Assembly (NCBI GenBank): GCA_030248825.1
Contig: JARCMB010000494.1
Coordinates: 1 to 24,594, forward strand
DNA: 24,594 nucleotides
Direction of reading: 5' to 3'
Origin: Pseudanabaenaceae cyanobacterium MP8IB2.15
GTDB taxonomy: Bacteria > Cyanobacteriota > Cyanobacteriia > Pseudanabaenales > Pseudanabaenaceae
The position numbers and the translations under genes are program-made. Below the pieces are notes generated by a model that saw only the letters and a list, made by a program, of their open reading frames with translations, did not search any database and was not told where the DNA came from. This document shows, piece by piece, positions 1-8,302 of this stretch. Within the stretch, counting starts at the first letter, position 1. Each line of letters begins with the position of its first letter.

Positions 1-135
1 AGCCCCCAGCCCACCTGATAAAATCGCGATCGCAATCAGCACAATCACAGTCCAAGGTCTTTTCCTGCGGGGCTTTGGTTCAGGCTTGAGCGGCGTAATT
101 CTTTTGCTGAATTCGTCTAGTTGATTTATGGTCAC
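1..135 (-). CDS. 5' part of a gene running off the left edge; N-terminal membrane anchor (layout resembles cyanobacterial class A penicillin-binding proteins, unconfirmed)
   Basis: Not in the ORF track. The minus strand reads GTG ACC ATA AAT... = MTINQLDEFSKRITPLKPEPKPRRKRPWTVIVLIAIAILSGGLGA, open to base 1. A GAGGAG Shine-Dalgarno-like motif lies upstream. A basic stretch is followed by a hydrophobic helix. Confidence 0.6.
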   Translation of the reverse strand, partial: MTINQLDEFSKRITPLKPEPKPRRKRPWTVIVLIAIAILSGGLGA

Positions 136-270
136 AACCTGAATCTGCTCCTCATGTCCGTTCTAACAGCACTCTAACAGCACTAATATTTTTGAGTATA
201 TCTCAACTTAAACTTTTAAAATCTAAGCTAAATGCCATAAGTCGGAGCTAATGCCGAAAAAGATGCAGTT

Positions 271-1839
271 ATGATCTCACAAACAGCGAAATTTTGTCTA
301 TCGCCGAATTGGTTATGCCACAGATCGAAGCAGAGAGGAGAGCGAACTGCTCTGGTATTTGCGGGCAAAAGCTGGACTTTTGCTGAAATTGAGGCGGAAG
401 CAAGATCGATCTCGATCGACCTTGCCAGTCTGGGTGTGACATTAGGTAGCCGCGTTGCCGTGCTGATGTCGAATCATCTCAATTATGTGACTCTGACTCA
501 TGCTTTGACAAAGTTAGGCTCGATCGAAGTTCTGATTAATATTCGCCTTACTGCTGCGGAAATCTTATGGCAGTTGCAGGATTGCGATGTGAAATTACTT
601 GTCCACGATCTCGCTAGAAGCGAACTTGCCAGAGCAATTCAGATCTGTGATCCCAGCATAAACTTACTGAATTTAGAGCTAGGTCTGGAATTAGATCCAA
701 TAAAAGTATCTTTAAGTACATTCTCAGAATCTTTACGAGAAGAGATTGATTTGGATGCGGTGCAGTCGATAATTTACACCTCAGGCACAACTGGTAAACC
801 CAAAGGCGTGCAACTTACCTATGGCAATCACTTCCACAGTGCGATCGCCTCAGGATTGAATTTAGGGATAGATGGTTTGGATAACTGGTTGATTTGCCTG
901 CCGCTCTATCATGTGGGGGGCTTGTCAATTGTCTGGCGTAGTGCGATCTGTGGTATTAGGATCGCGATCCACGATCGATTCGATCCAGCTTCGATCATCC
1001 AATCGATTTGTACAGAACAGGTGACACTGATTTCGCTCGTGCCGACGATGTTAACCCGCATTCTCAACCATGAAAGCTTCAGCGATGCTCTCCCCTATTG
1101 GCAAAAACTCCGTTGCATTCTACTTGGTGGCGCGGCGATCGATCGAGCATTATTGGCAAAGTGCGATCGACTTCAACTCCCGATCGCTCCGACCTATGGA
1201 TTAACTGAAGCCGCTTCTCAAGTCACGACACTTTTGCCATCTCAAGTTCAAGCTAAACCAGGCTCGGTGGGATTACCTCTGTTGTGCGATCGAATCAAAA
1301 TTGTCTCGATCGAAGATGAATGTGTGGAACTTCCGTCAGGTGAGGTCGGTCAAATTTTAGTCAAAGGCGCAAACGTGATGTTGGGTTACGTCAACTTCCC
1401 GCCAGTGGAGATCGATCGATGGCTATGTACAGGCGATCTCGGCTATTTGGACGCAGATGGATTTCTCTACGTTGTCAGTCGGCGCAGCGATTTGATCGTC
1501 AGTGGGGGCGAAAATATCTATCCCGCCGAGGTCGAATCTGTATTAGCTTTACATCCTTCGATCGTCAAAGTTAGTGCCGAAGTTTGTGTCATTGGCATCG
1601 ACGATCGGGAATGGGGGCAAATCGTCGTGGCGGTGATTGCTACAGATCTCGCTACAGCTAAAGAGTTGCCCAGTCTTCAGGCAATCAGGATATTCTGTCT
1701 AGAGCAACATTTAGCTAGCTACAAACTTCCCAAAGCTTTGTACAAACTAGATGCTTTTCCTAAAACTGGATCTGGCAAAATTCGTCGTCAAGCGGTTCGA
1801 TCGATTTTGTTAGACAGGAAAACCAGCTCGCCAGCGTAA
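271..1839 (+). CDS. menE: o-succinylbenzoate-CoA ligase (AMP-binding enzyme, phylloquinone/menaquinone pathway)
   Basis: AMP-binding signature IIYTSGTTGKPKGV, YGLTE, TGDLG and SGGENIYPAEVE motifs. The HFHSAIASGLNLG..WLICLPLYHVGGL segment is typical of MenE. Confidence 0.88.
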   Translation: MISQTAKFCLSPNWLCHRSKQRGERTALVFAGKSWTFAEIEAEARSISIDLASLGVTLGSRVAVLMSNHLNYVTLTHALTKLGSIEVLINIRLTAAEILWQLQDCDVKLLVHDLARSELARAIQICDPSINLLNLELGLELDPIKVSLSTFSESLREEIDLDAVQSIIYTSGTTGKPKGVQLTYGNHFHSAIASGLNLGIDGLDNWLICLPLYHVGGLSIVWRSAICGIRIAIHDRFDPASIIQSICTEQVTLISLVPTMLTRILNHESFSDALPYWQKLRCILLGGAAIDRALLAKCDRLQLPIAPTYGLTEAASQVTTLLPSQVQAKPGSVGLPLLCDRIKIVSIEDECVELPSGEVGQILVKGANVMLGYVNFPPVEIDRWLCTGDLGYLDADGFLYVVSRRSDLIVSGGENIYPAEVESVLALHPSIVKVSAEVCVIGIDDREWGQIVVAVIATDLATAKELPSLQAIRIFCLEQHLASYKLPKALYKLDAFPKTGSGKIRRQAVRSILLDRKTSSPA

Positions 1840-1995
1840 ATTCATGACTAAATATGGCATACCTCAATCGAATAGAGTTGTAAAATCCTGAATAACTAAA
1901 TTCAGAGTTATTTAGCTACTTTTTAACTAAATGATTCGGGGATTTACTAGGCAAGATGTCATATTTGCAGCTTTTTCAAATAATAGATATTAGGT

Positions 1996-2023
1996 GGAAC
2001 TGAAATATCCGCAATTCGTCTCT
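1996..2023 (+). promoter_or_regulatory. ECF sigma-type promoter (-35 GGAAC, 16 nt, -10 CGTCT) upstream of the FHA-LuxR gene
   Basis: GGAAC tgaaatatccgcaatt CGTCTCT. It has the same core as the motif upstream of sigG at 5264-5292. Confidence 0.6.
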
Positions 2024-2070
2024 TGTTAATGTCAATTGTGTATGCTTAGGGTATATTCGGAATAGTTGAG

Positions 2071-2805
2071 ATGCAAACAAAAACCTTGTCAAATAGTTCA
2101 GTTTCTTTACTCCACCCATTTCCCCATCTCATCGTTCATGCTGATGATGGCGATCAGTTAGTTCCTCTTACAAACTCCGACTATTGGACGATTGGCAGAG
2201 GATATAACAATACGATTGTGCTCACTGATAATTGGGTTTCTCGCAATCACGCCACGATTCAAATTGTCGGTTCGGCAAATCTTGCAGTGATTAATTCTTC
2301 GCTCGGAAATTCACTAGGTAATTCACTAGGTAATTCATTAGGGCAAGGTAATGAATCCACTCCTAAAAATCCCAATGAAGATCCAGGTAATTATTATTTA
2401 GTCGATTTGGGTAGCCGCAATGGCTCATCTGTGCGGGGGCAAAGAGTCACCTTTCCTGTGTTGCTCAAAAGTGGCGATCGATTCATGATCGGCAAAACCG
2501 AAATGGACTTTTTCTCACCACATAAACGCGAACAAAAAACGCCTGACAATCTACACCTGTTCCAACAGCCGACCGCACCCGCAACTCGATCGACTCTCAC
2601 GCCATCAGAAGACAGAGTGTTCTGGCAAGTCGTTCAAGGGTTTACGAACAAAGAAATTGGCAAGCGGCTCCAGATTAGTCCCCGCACGGTGCAGACCCAT
2701 CTCAGCAGCATTATGACCAAACTAAACCTAGAAAATCGTTCTCAGATCGTGCGGTTTGCTTACGAGAATACAAACCGTTTGCCTGACTCGATCCATTCGA
2801 TTTAA
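2071..2805 (+). CDS. FHA domain + LuxR/NarL-type HTH transcriptional regulator (no receiver domain)
   Basis: FHA motifs IGR, VSRNHA and DLGSRNG. C-terminal LuxR HTH LTPSE..QGFTNKEIGKRLQISPRTVQTHLSSIMTKL. Confidence 0.85.
   Translation: MQTKTLSNSSVSLLHPFPHLIVHADDGDQLVPLTNSDYWTIGRGYNNTIVLTDNWVSRNHATIQIVGSANLAVINSSLGNSLGNSLGNSLGQGNESTPKNPNEDPGNYYLVDLGSRNGSSVRGQRVTFPVLLKSGDRFMIGKTEMDFFSPHKREQKTPDNLHLFQQPTAPATRSTLTPSEDRVFWQVVQGFTNKEIGKRLQISPRTVQTHLSSIMTKLNLENRSQIVRFAYENTNRLPDSIHSI
2308..2343 (+). repeat. Three tandem 12-bp units (AATTCACTAGGT x2, AATTCATTAGGG) encoding NSLG repeats
   Basis: Read directly from the sequence; in frame within the FHA domain. Confidence 0.9.
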
Positions 2806-2828
2806 TCGATTTGGAGTGGGTTACTTTG

Positions 2829-3575
2829 TTATCGGCGTTGGCGAAGAATTTGCGCTGCGAGGATCGCAGCGCCAAAACCATTGTCGATATTGACAACGCC
2901 AATTCCAGGCGCGCAAGAATTGAGCATTCCCAGTAATGGCGCAATCCCGTTAAAGCTTGCCCCATAACCGATGCTGGTTGGCACGGCAATAATCGGACAG
3001 TCGGCTAATCCGCCCACGACACTTGCCAATGCTCCCTCCATTCCTGCAACCACGATCAGAACTTCAGCATCGTCGATCGATCTTTGATTTTGCAAAAGTC
3101 GATGGATGCCAGCTACACCAACATCCCAAAGTCGCTTCACTGTTAAGCCACACAATTCGGCTGTGATCGCGGCTTCCTCGGCGATCGGGATATCAGCCGT
3201 ACCAGCCGTGAGAATTGTCACCGTTCCCGTTAAATTCAGCGTTGGTTCTCCCAGCGTGCAAATCTGAGCGACAGGAAAATATTTCAATCCACGCAAGCCT
3301 ACTAGTTTTTCATGCACATCTGCGGAGATTTTTGTTGCCATCACGATCGGGCTGCTTTGCTTTAAAGATCGCATGATCTCGATAATTTGGGCAGGAGTCT
3401 TGCCGATGCCAAACACCACTTCGGGAAATCCTGTACGTAAAGTGCGGTGATGATCGATCTTGGCAAAATCACCCACCGCTTCAAAATCCAGATGTTTCAG
3501 ATTTTCTAGAGCAATTTCTGGTTTAGTTTTGCCGTCAGCCACCGATTGCAGTAATTTTAGCAATTGATCTTGCAT
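2829..3575 (-). CDS. larB: Nickel-pincer cofactor biosynthesis protein LarB (PurE/AIR-carboxylase-like; cyanobacterial CpmA family)
   Basis: AKIDHHRTLRTGFPEVVFGIGKT, TAGTADIPIAEEA, DVGVAGIHRL, VVAGMEGAL and PTSIGYGA..NIDNGFGAA motifs. Confidence 0.92.
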   Translation of the reverse strand: MQDQLLKLLQSVADGKTKPEIALENLKHLDFEAVGDFAKIDHHRTLRTGFPEVVFGIGKTPAQIIEIMRSLKQSSPIVMATKISADVHEKLVGLRGLKYFPVAQICTLGEPTLNLTGTVTILTAGTADIPIAEEAAITAELCGLTVKRLWDVGVAGIHRLLQNQRSIDDAEVLIVVAGMEGALASVVGGLADCPIIAVPTSIGYGASFNGIAPLLGMLNSCAPGIGVVNIDNGFGAAILAAQILRQRR

Positions 3576-3581
3576 AAGATT

Positions 3582-5015
3582 CTAATTTTCGTTCGATCGA
3601 TCCGATGACTCAGTTTCGCTCATACTCACTTCTGGAGACTGGATACAAAAGCTGGCAACGATCGCTATGACTAACCACCACAGGATCTGGACTTGAGGAC
3701 GATACCAAACCGTATCAACTAAGCCGTGAGCAACTAAACCCGCGATCGAACTTAAAGCTCCAATTATCCACAACCCTTCTGATTTGCGCTCTTGACGCAA
3801 TCGCTGCAAGTTTTGCCAACCCTGCTGCACAACTACAACCACTAACCAGCTGTAGCAAGCTAGACCAACCAGCCCTGACTCGGAAGCAATTTCTAAGGGC
3901 ACGGAATAGGCTCCCAACGCACTGAAGCCTGAACGCTGATATGCAGGATAAATCTGGTTAAAAGCTTTATTGCCAGGCCCAATGCCCAGAATCGGACGAT
4001 GCTCGATCATATCGAGCACTGAAAACCAGACATTCAGCCTGAAGTTATTACTGCTGTCACCGCGTCCCGAAAAAATGCTGGCAAAGCGCGATCGAACCGT
4101 AGGAATGGCAATTGCGGCTAGTGCCACCAAGGCAGGAATCCCCCCCAGAGTCACAGGCAACGACCATTTGGGCAACTTTTGTCCCCACCAATAGGTCAGC
4201 AAAATCACCAAAACTAGACCTTCGGCACACAAACCGATAAAACCGCCGCGACTGTAGGTTTCTCTGATGCAAATAAAACTAGCGATCGACACGAGAGCAG
4301 CCGCAGCCTTCACACCCCAGTTCCGCCAATGCATCGCCCCGACCACACCTAAAGGGATGGCAGGCATGAGGTAGCCCGCAAGTAAGTTGGGATTATTTAA
4401 AAAGCTATAAACCCTAGTTATGCCCACTAGCTCAGAGGTCGGATCTGTCCAAGTCGCCAGTGCTTCCGCCCCCAGCACCCATTGCCGCAGTCCGTAGACA
4501 CACACAGCAATCGTTGTCAGCAAGTAAGCTCCAATTAGTAGCGATCGCCATTTGATCCGACCCATTTCGCTCAGCCGCATCAAGCAATTGATCACCGCGA
4601 ATAACAGAAAATAGATCGTCAGTTTCACCCAACCATCCGCCGCCGCTTTCTTCACAGGTGACAAAATTGTGGCAAAACTGGCGATCGACCAGTAGATCGT
4701 TAAAGGTAAGTGAATTGGAGTCCAATTAGAGCTTGAAGTTCGATCGCGACTCAACCACAGCAAAACCCAGAATACGGCGATCGACATCGCGATCAAACCC
4801 GCCTGATTATTCGAGATGTAAGGCAGAGCGATCAGCAATGTCAGCATCATCGCGCCCACCAACCCAAAACTCACGACATTACTACCCTGCCGCCAGGTTG
4901 TTAATCGCTTTGTTAATCCGTTGAAGAGGGCAGACATTTGACTACGCTGCCACCACTGTTCCAGAAATTTTGGGGCTTGAAGGTTGAGTTTTAAATTCAT
5001 AATGCCAAATCGCAA
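3582..5015 (-). CDS. ictB: IctB family membrane protein (O-antigen ligase/Wzy_C-like; historically 'bicarbonate transporter'); start may be the ATG at 5000
   Basis: Multi-TM protein. WTDPTS....RVYSFLNNPNLLAGYL, TYSRGG, RGDSSNNFRLNVW, GIGPGNKAF and HGLVDTVWYRPQV motifs. Confidence 0.9.
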   Translation of the reverse strand: MRFGIMNLKLNLQAPKFLEQWWQRSQMSALFNGLTKRLTTWRQGSNVVSFGLVGAMMLTLLIALPYISNNQAGLIAMSIAVFWVLLWLSRDRTSSSNWTPIHLPLTIYWSIASFATILSPVKKAAADGWVKLTIYFLLFAVINCLMRLSEMGRIKWRSLLIGAYLLTTIAVCVYGLRQWVLGAEALATWTDPTSELVGITRVYSFLNNPNLLAGYLMPAIPLGVVGAMHWRNWGVKAAAALVSIASFICIRETYSRGGFIGLCAEGLVLVILLTYWWGQKLPKWSLPVTLGGIPALVALAAIAIPTVRSRFASIFSGRGDSSNNFRLNVWFSVLDMIEHRPILGIGPGNKAFNQIYPAYQRSGFSALGAYSVPLEIASESGLVGLACYSWLVVVVVQQGWQNLQRLRQERKSEGLWIIGALSSIAGLVAHGLVDTVWYRPQVQILWWLVIAIVASFCIQSPEVSMSETESSDRSNEN

Positions 5016-5025
5016 TTTCGTCAGC

Positions 5026-5211
5026 TTACACCAAAAAAACTGCCGCGAATAATTGCCCCCCGATTTGTCTGCCGATCATCGATAAATCAGTCGGGGCTGG
5101 CAGCATTTCCCCACCACGCCAATCCAGAATTTGCACCAAAATCAAGTAACCAACCCCTAAAACAATAGAGATCGCACCCATCAAAATTGCCAACCACTTC
5201 GATCGCTGCAT
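5026..5211 (-). CDS. Small conserved cyanobacterial single-TM hypothetical protein
   Basis: MQRSKWLAILMGAISIVLGVGYLILVQILDWRGGEMLPAP resembles a small cyanobacterial family I recall (RSK..AI..GAIS...Y..LV..LD.RG.M.PAP). It ends 10 nt before the ictB ORF. Confidence 0.75.
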   Translation of the reverse strand: MQRSKWLAILMGAISIVLGVGYLILVQILDWRGGEMLPAPTDLSMIGRQIGGQLFAAVFLV

Positions 5212-5263
5212 ACGAAAAGTTCATAGGTAAACACTAACTGCTATTATCGCTCTTAGCAGATCG

Positions 5264-5292
5264 GGAACAAGCTTAAATTTATCTCCGTCTCT
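5264..5292 (+). promoter_or_regulatory. ECF sigma autoregulatory promoter (-35 GGAAC, 17 nt, -10 CGTCT)
   Basis: GGAAC aagcttaaatttatctc CGTCTCT lies about 50 nt before the sigG start. It matches the general ECF GGAAC...CGTC consensus, and ECF genes are commonly autoregulated. Confidence 0.72.
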
Positions 5293-5342
5293 ACATTTGT
5301 CCCAGTACAGATCATCGTACAAGTCAAATTGGAGCACTGGTA

Positions 5343-6002
5343 ATGAGCTACAGCTTATCTTGGTCTACAAAAGTCGAGATTCAATTTCCCTCCGTCCCCG
5401 TGTCAGATGAAAAGCTCTCTAATCTAGACTTGGTTTACCAGTGCCAAGAGGGACTTCAGCCTAGCAAGTCAGCCTTTGCCGAACTCATGCGTCGGCATCA
5501 GTCTCATGTCGATCAGTTGCTCTACAAGCTAGCTCCCGATTGGCAAGACCGCGCCGACCTCGCTCAAGAAGTCTGGCTGCGCGTATACCGTAATGTCAAA
5601 CGCTTGCAAGAGCCAGAAAAATTTCGTGGCTGGGTGAGTCGTATCGCCACAAACTTGTTTTATGACGAATTGCGGAAGCGCAAACGGGTAGGACATCCTA
5701 TTTCACTCGATGCCCCTTTACATACAAATGATGGTGGTGAGATCGACTGGGAATTACCGAGCAACGATCCTGGACCAGTCGAGAATCTCTCCACACAGGA
5801 GTTTTACGAACATTTGCGTAAGGCGATCGAAGATTTACCTGAAGGATTTCGCACGACGATCGTGTTAAGAGAAATTGAGGGACTCGCCTATGAGGAGATT
5901 GCCGAAATTACAGGTGTTTCGCTCGGTACTGTCAAGTCTCGGATTGCTAGAGCTAGGTTAAAACTCCAAGCCCAACTACAGCCTTATTTGTCTAACATGT
6001 AA
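5343..6002 (+). CDS. sigG: ECF (group 4) RNA polymerase sigma factor, cyanobacterial SigG type
   Basis: Region 2 LAPDWQDRADLAQEVWLRVY...FRGWVSRIATNLFYDELRKR. Region 4 FRTTIVLREIEGLAYEEIAEITGVSLGTVKSRIARAR. Confidence 0.9.
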   Translation: MSYSLSWSTKVEIQFPSVPVSDEKLSNLDLVYQCQEGLQPSKSAFAELMRRHQSHVDQLLYKLAPDWQDRADLAQEVWLRVYRNVKRLQEPEKFRGWVSRIATNLFYDELRKRKRVGHPISLDAPLHTNDGGEIDWELPSNDPGPVENLSTQEFYEHLRKAIEDLPEGFRTTIVLREIEGLAYEEIAEITGVSLGTVKSRIARARLKLQAQLQPYLSNM

Positions 6003-6104
6003 TTAGCTCGTAATCGTTAGCATCCAATTCCAAGTGCCAAATAACTGAATCCACAGATCCACAACAGGATTTCTACTTAAGTTTCTATAGAAGGTGTACG
6101 CGAA

Positions 6105-6644
6105 ATGAACTTCGATTCTAAAATTGCCAACCAAGATTCTAGTGCCGACCAAAGTTTAGATAAAGCTGAACTGCAATTTATCCTACTCAGTGCTTATCTT
6201 GACCAAGAAGCTACTCCAGCAGAGAAACTCCAAGTCGAGCACTGGTTGGCAACTGATGTCAAATTTCGTCATTTACAGCAGCAGCAACTGAAACTGCGTC
6301 AGCATTTGATCAATTTACCAACGCCTGTGCCATCAGATTCTAGGCAGGTCGTCGATCGAGTCATGGCAAAAATCGAGCAAAGATCGCAATTCCGTAAGCT
6401 ATTTCTTGGCGGGGGCATTGCTTTGGCGGCGGCGGTAATTGGTGTGTTCGGCTCAGTATTCACAATTAATTCACCATCAGCGCAATTTGCCACAAATTCT
6501 ATTCCTACACCTAGTCTAGCTACAGGCAAAGAAAAAATCGCTGCAAGTCAATCTGTAAACAAATCTGTGCAGGCAGATTATCCTCAAGCCGATGAACGTG
6601 TGGAAATATCGATCGAAAGTCCAATCATTGCTATGTCAAAGTAG
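6105..6644 (+). CDS. Membrane-anchored anti-sigma factor cognate to SigG (SapG-like)
   Basis: LLSAYLDQEATPAE..QVEHWL anti-sigma N-domain, one TM helix (LFLGGGIALAAAVIGVFGSVF), and position directly after the ECF gene. Confidence 0.85.
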   Translation: MNFDSKIANQDSSADQSLDKAELQFILLSAYLDQEATPAEKLQVEHWLATDVKFRHLQQQQLKLRQHLINLPTPVPSDSRQVVDRVMAKIEQRSQFRKLFLGGGIALAAAVIGVFGSVFTINSPSAQFATNSIPTPSLATGKEKIAASQSVNKSVQADYPQADERVEISIESPIIAMSK

Positions 6645-6734
6645 TGAATCAAATTAGGGTTTTCCAGCACCTTCACAAACTCAAAGGTAAATTTTTTTAG
6701 TAACATATAACCATCACTGGGAATTCTTACCGTT

Positions 6735-7973
6735 ATGAGAGACTCACATCATAAATCTCCGCTGAAAAAGCTCTTGTTCTACATTGGGCTAGTTGTAACT
6801 GGTGCGGCATTGGGGGCTTGGGCTGTAGTAGGACGAGTCAATCCGTCAAATCTCGTCACAGCTAACTTGGCTCAAGCTATACCTGCTGTCCAAGCTGAAA
6901 CCACTAAATCGGCTAAACTGCCTTTAGATGCTAACTACAACTTTATTGCTGAGGCTGTAAATCGAACTGGGCCTGCGGTTGTTCGGATCAATGCTTCCCG
7001 TAAAGTTGCCGCCGAACAAAATCCTGACGTTTTTAACGATCCTTTCTTCCGCCAGTTTTTTGGGGACGAAATGCCCCGTCGATCGCCGCAAGTACCTAGT
7101 AGAGAACGGGTAGAGCGCGGTACTGGTTCTGGCTTTATCATCAACAAAGAAGGCGACATTATTACCAACGCTCACGTCGTTGAAGGCTCTGAGACCGTTT
7201 CGGTAATTTTGAGAGATGGCAGAAAACTTGAAGGGAAAGTTTTGGGACGCGATCGACTCACAGATATTGCAGTAGTAAAGGTTCAAGGCGATAAAGATCT
7301 CCCGATCGTCAAGCTTGGGACTTCGCAAAACCTCCGACCTGGGGAGTGGGCAATCGCGATCGGCAATCCGCTCGGTTTAGATAACACTGTGACCGCAGGC
7401 ATTATCAGCGCATTGGGGCGGAGCAGTAATCAAGTCGGAATCGATAAGCGAGTTAGCTTCATTCAAACCGATGCTGCGATCAATCCTGGTAACTCTGGTG
7501 GGCCATTGCTCAATCAACAGGGTGAAGTCGTTGGCGTTAATACGGCAATTATTCAGGGCGCGCAAGGGCTAGGGTTTTCGATCCCGATCGAAACGGCGCA
7601 GCGCATCTCTAAGCAGATTATCGAGAAAGGCAGGGTTAGCAGGGCCTATCTGGGCATTCAAATGTTGACGCTCGATGCCACCGTCAAAAAGGAAATCAAC
7701 CAAGATCCCAATACTAGTTTCCAAGTTAAGGAAGAAGAAGGTGTACTGATTACCAAAGTTGTACCTGGCTCCCCTGCTCAGAATGCTGGCTTGAAAGCTG
7801 GCGATGTGATCGTCAAGATCAATGGCGAGAGTGTTAATTCGGCTGACAAGGTTCAACAATTTGTCGAAGGTAAAGCCGTGGGCGAAAGCCTCCAAGTTCA
7901 ACTCAAGCGTGGTGGTCAGGATGTGACTATTCCTGTAAAGGCTGGTCAATTCCCTGAAGAGCTGCCTAGCTAG
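6735..7973 (+). CDS. HtrA/DegP-family serine protease with one PDZ domain (HhoA/HhoB-like)
   Basis: Catalytic triad motifs TNAHVV, TDIAV and QTDAAINPGNSGGPL; GTGSGF; C-terminal PDZ (GSPAQNAGLKAGDVI); N-terminal hydrophobic anchor. Confidence 0.95.
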   Translation: MRDSHHKSPLKKLLFYIGLVVTGAALGAWAVVGRVNPSNLVTANLAQAIPAVQAETTKSAKLPLDANYNFIAEAVNRTGPAVVRINASRKVAAEQNPDVFNDPFFRQFFGDEMPRRSPQVPSRERVERGTGSGFIINKEGDIITNAHVVEGSETVSVILRDGRKLEGKVLGRDRLTDIAVVKVQGDKDLPIVKLGTSQNLRPGEWAIAIGNPLGLDNTVTAGIISALGRSSNQVGIDKRVSFIQTDAAINPGNSGGPLLNQQGEVVGVNTAIIQGAQGLGFSIPIETAQRISKQIIEKGRVSRAYLGIQMLTLDATVKKEINQDPNTSFQVKEEEGVLITKVVPGSPAQNAGLKAGDVIVKINGESVNSADKVQQFVEGKAVGESLQVQLKRGGQDVTIPVKAGQFPEELPS

Positions 7974-8021
7974 AATTAATTTGGCTACAGACTCAGCAAA
8001 TCTCAAAACATGTGATTAAAC

Positions 8022-8052
8022 TAAAGGCGGTACGAGTTTCGTGCCGCCTTTA
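8022..8052 (+). terminator. Intrinsic terminator after the HtrA protease gene
   Basis: TAAAGGCGGTACGA-GTT-TCGTGCCGCCTTTA hairpin about 50 nt after the stop codon. Confidence 0.7.
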
Positions 8053-8302
8053 ACATGGGTTTAAGGTAACCTTAATTTCAAATCTAAAAATTAGCCACAA
8101 CTCTTAACTAAACCAAAGTTTATAGTTGACCATTTTGTTTTTCTCCTATTATTAACTAATGTGGTAGTACCTATAAATATTCAACAAATAAGTATGAATA
8201 TACAAATAGGAATTAAAGAAGCTAGTTAATAGTTTGACTAAGCTACTGTCGATCTTAGATACTAAATAACATATTCATTTGACTTTTTCTTCACTAAAAT
8301 CA

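Noticed and set aside
1880-1948. Imperfect long inverted repeat after menE
   Set aside because: It is AT-rich with several mismatches. It could be a weak terminator or chance, and is too uncertain to call.
2394-7565. Short alternative-frame or antisense ORFs within the FHA-LuxR, larB, ictB, anti-sigma and HtrA genes
   Set aside because: They overlap well-supported genes and have no motifs or ribosome-binding signals.
7569-8006. 145-aa minus-strand ORF
   Set aside because: It is almost entirely antisense to the HtrA PDZ region and has no recognisable domain.
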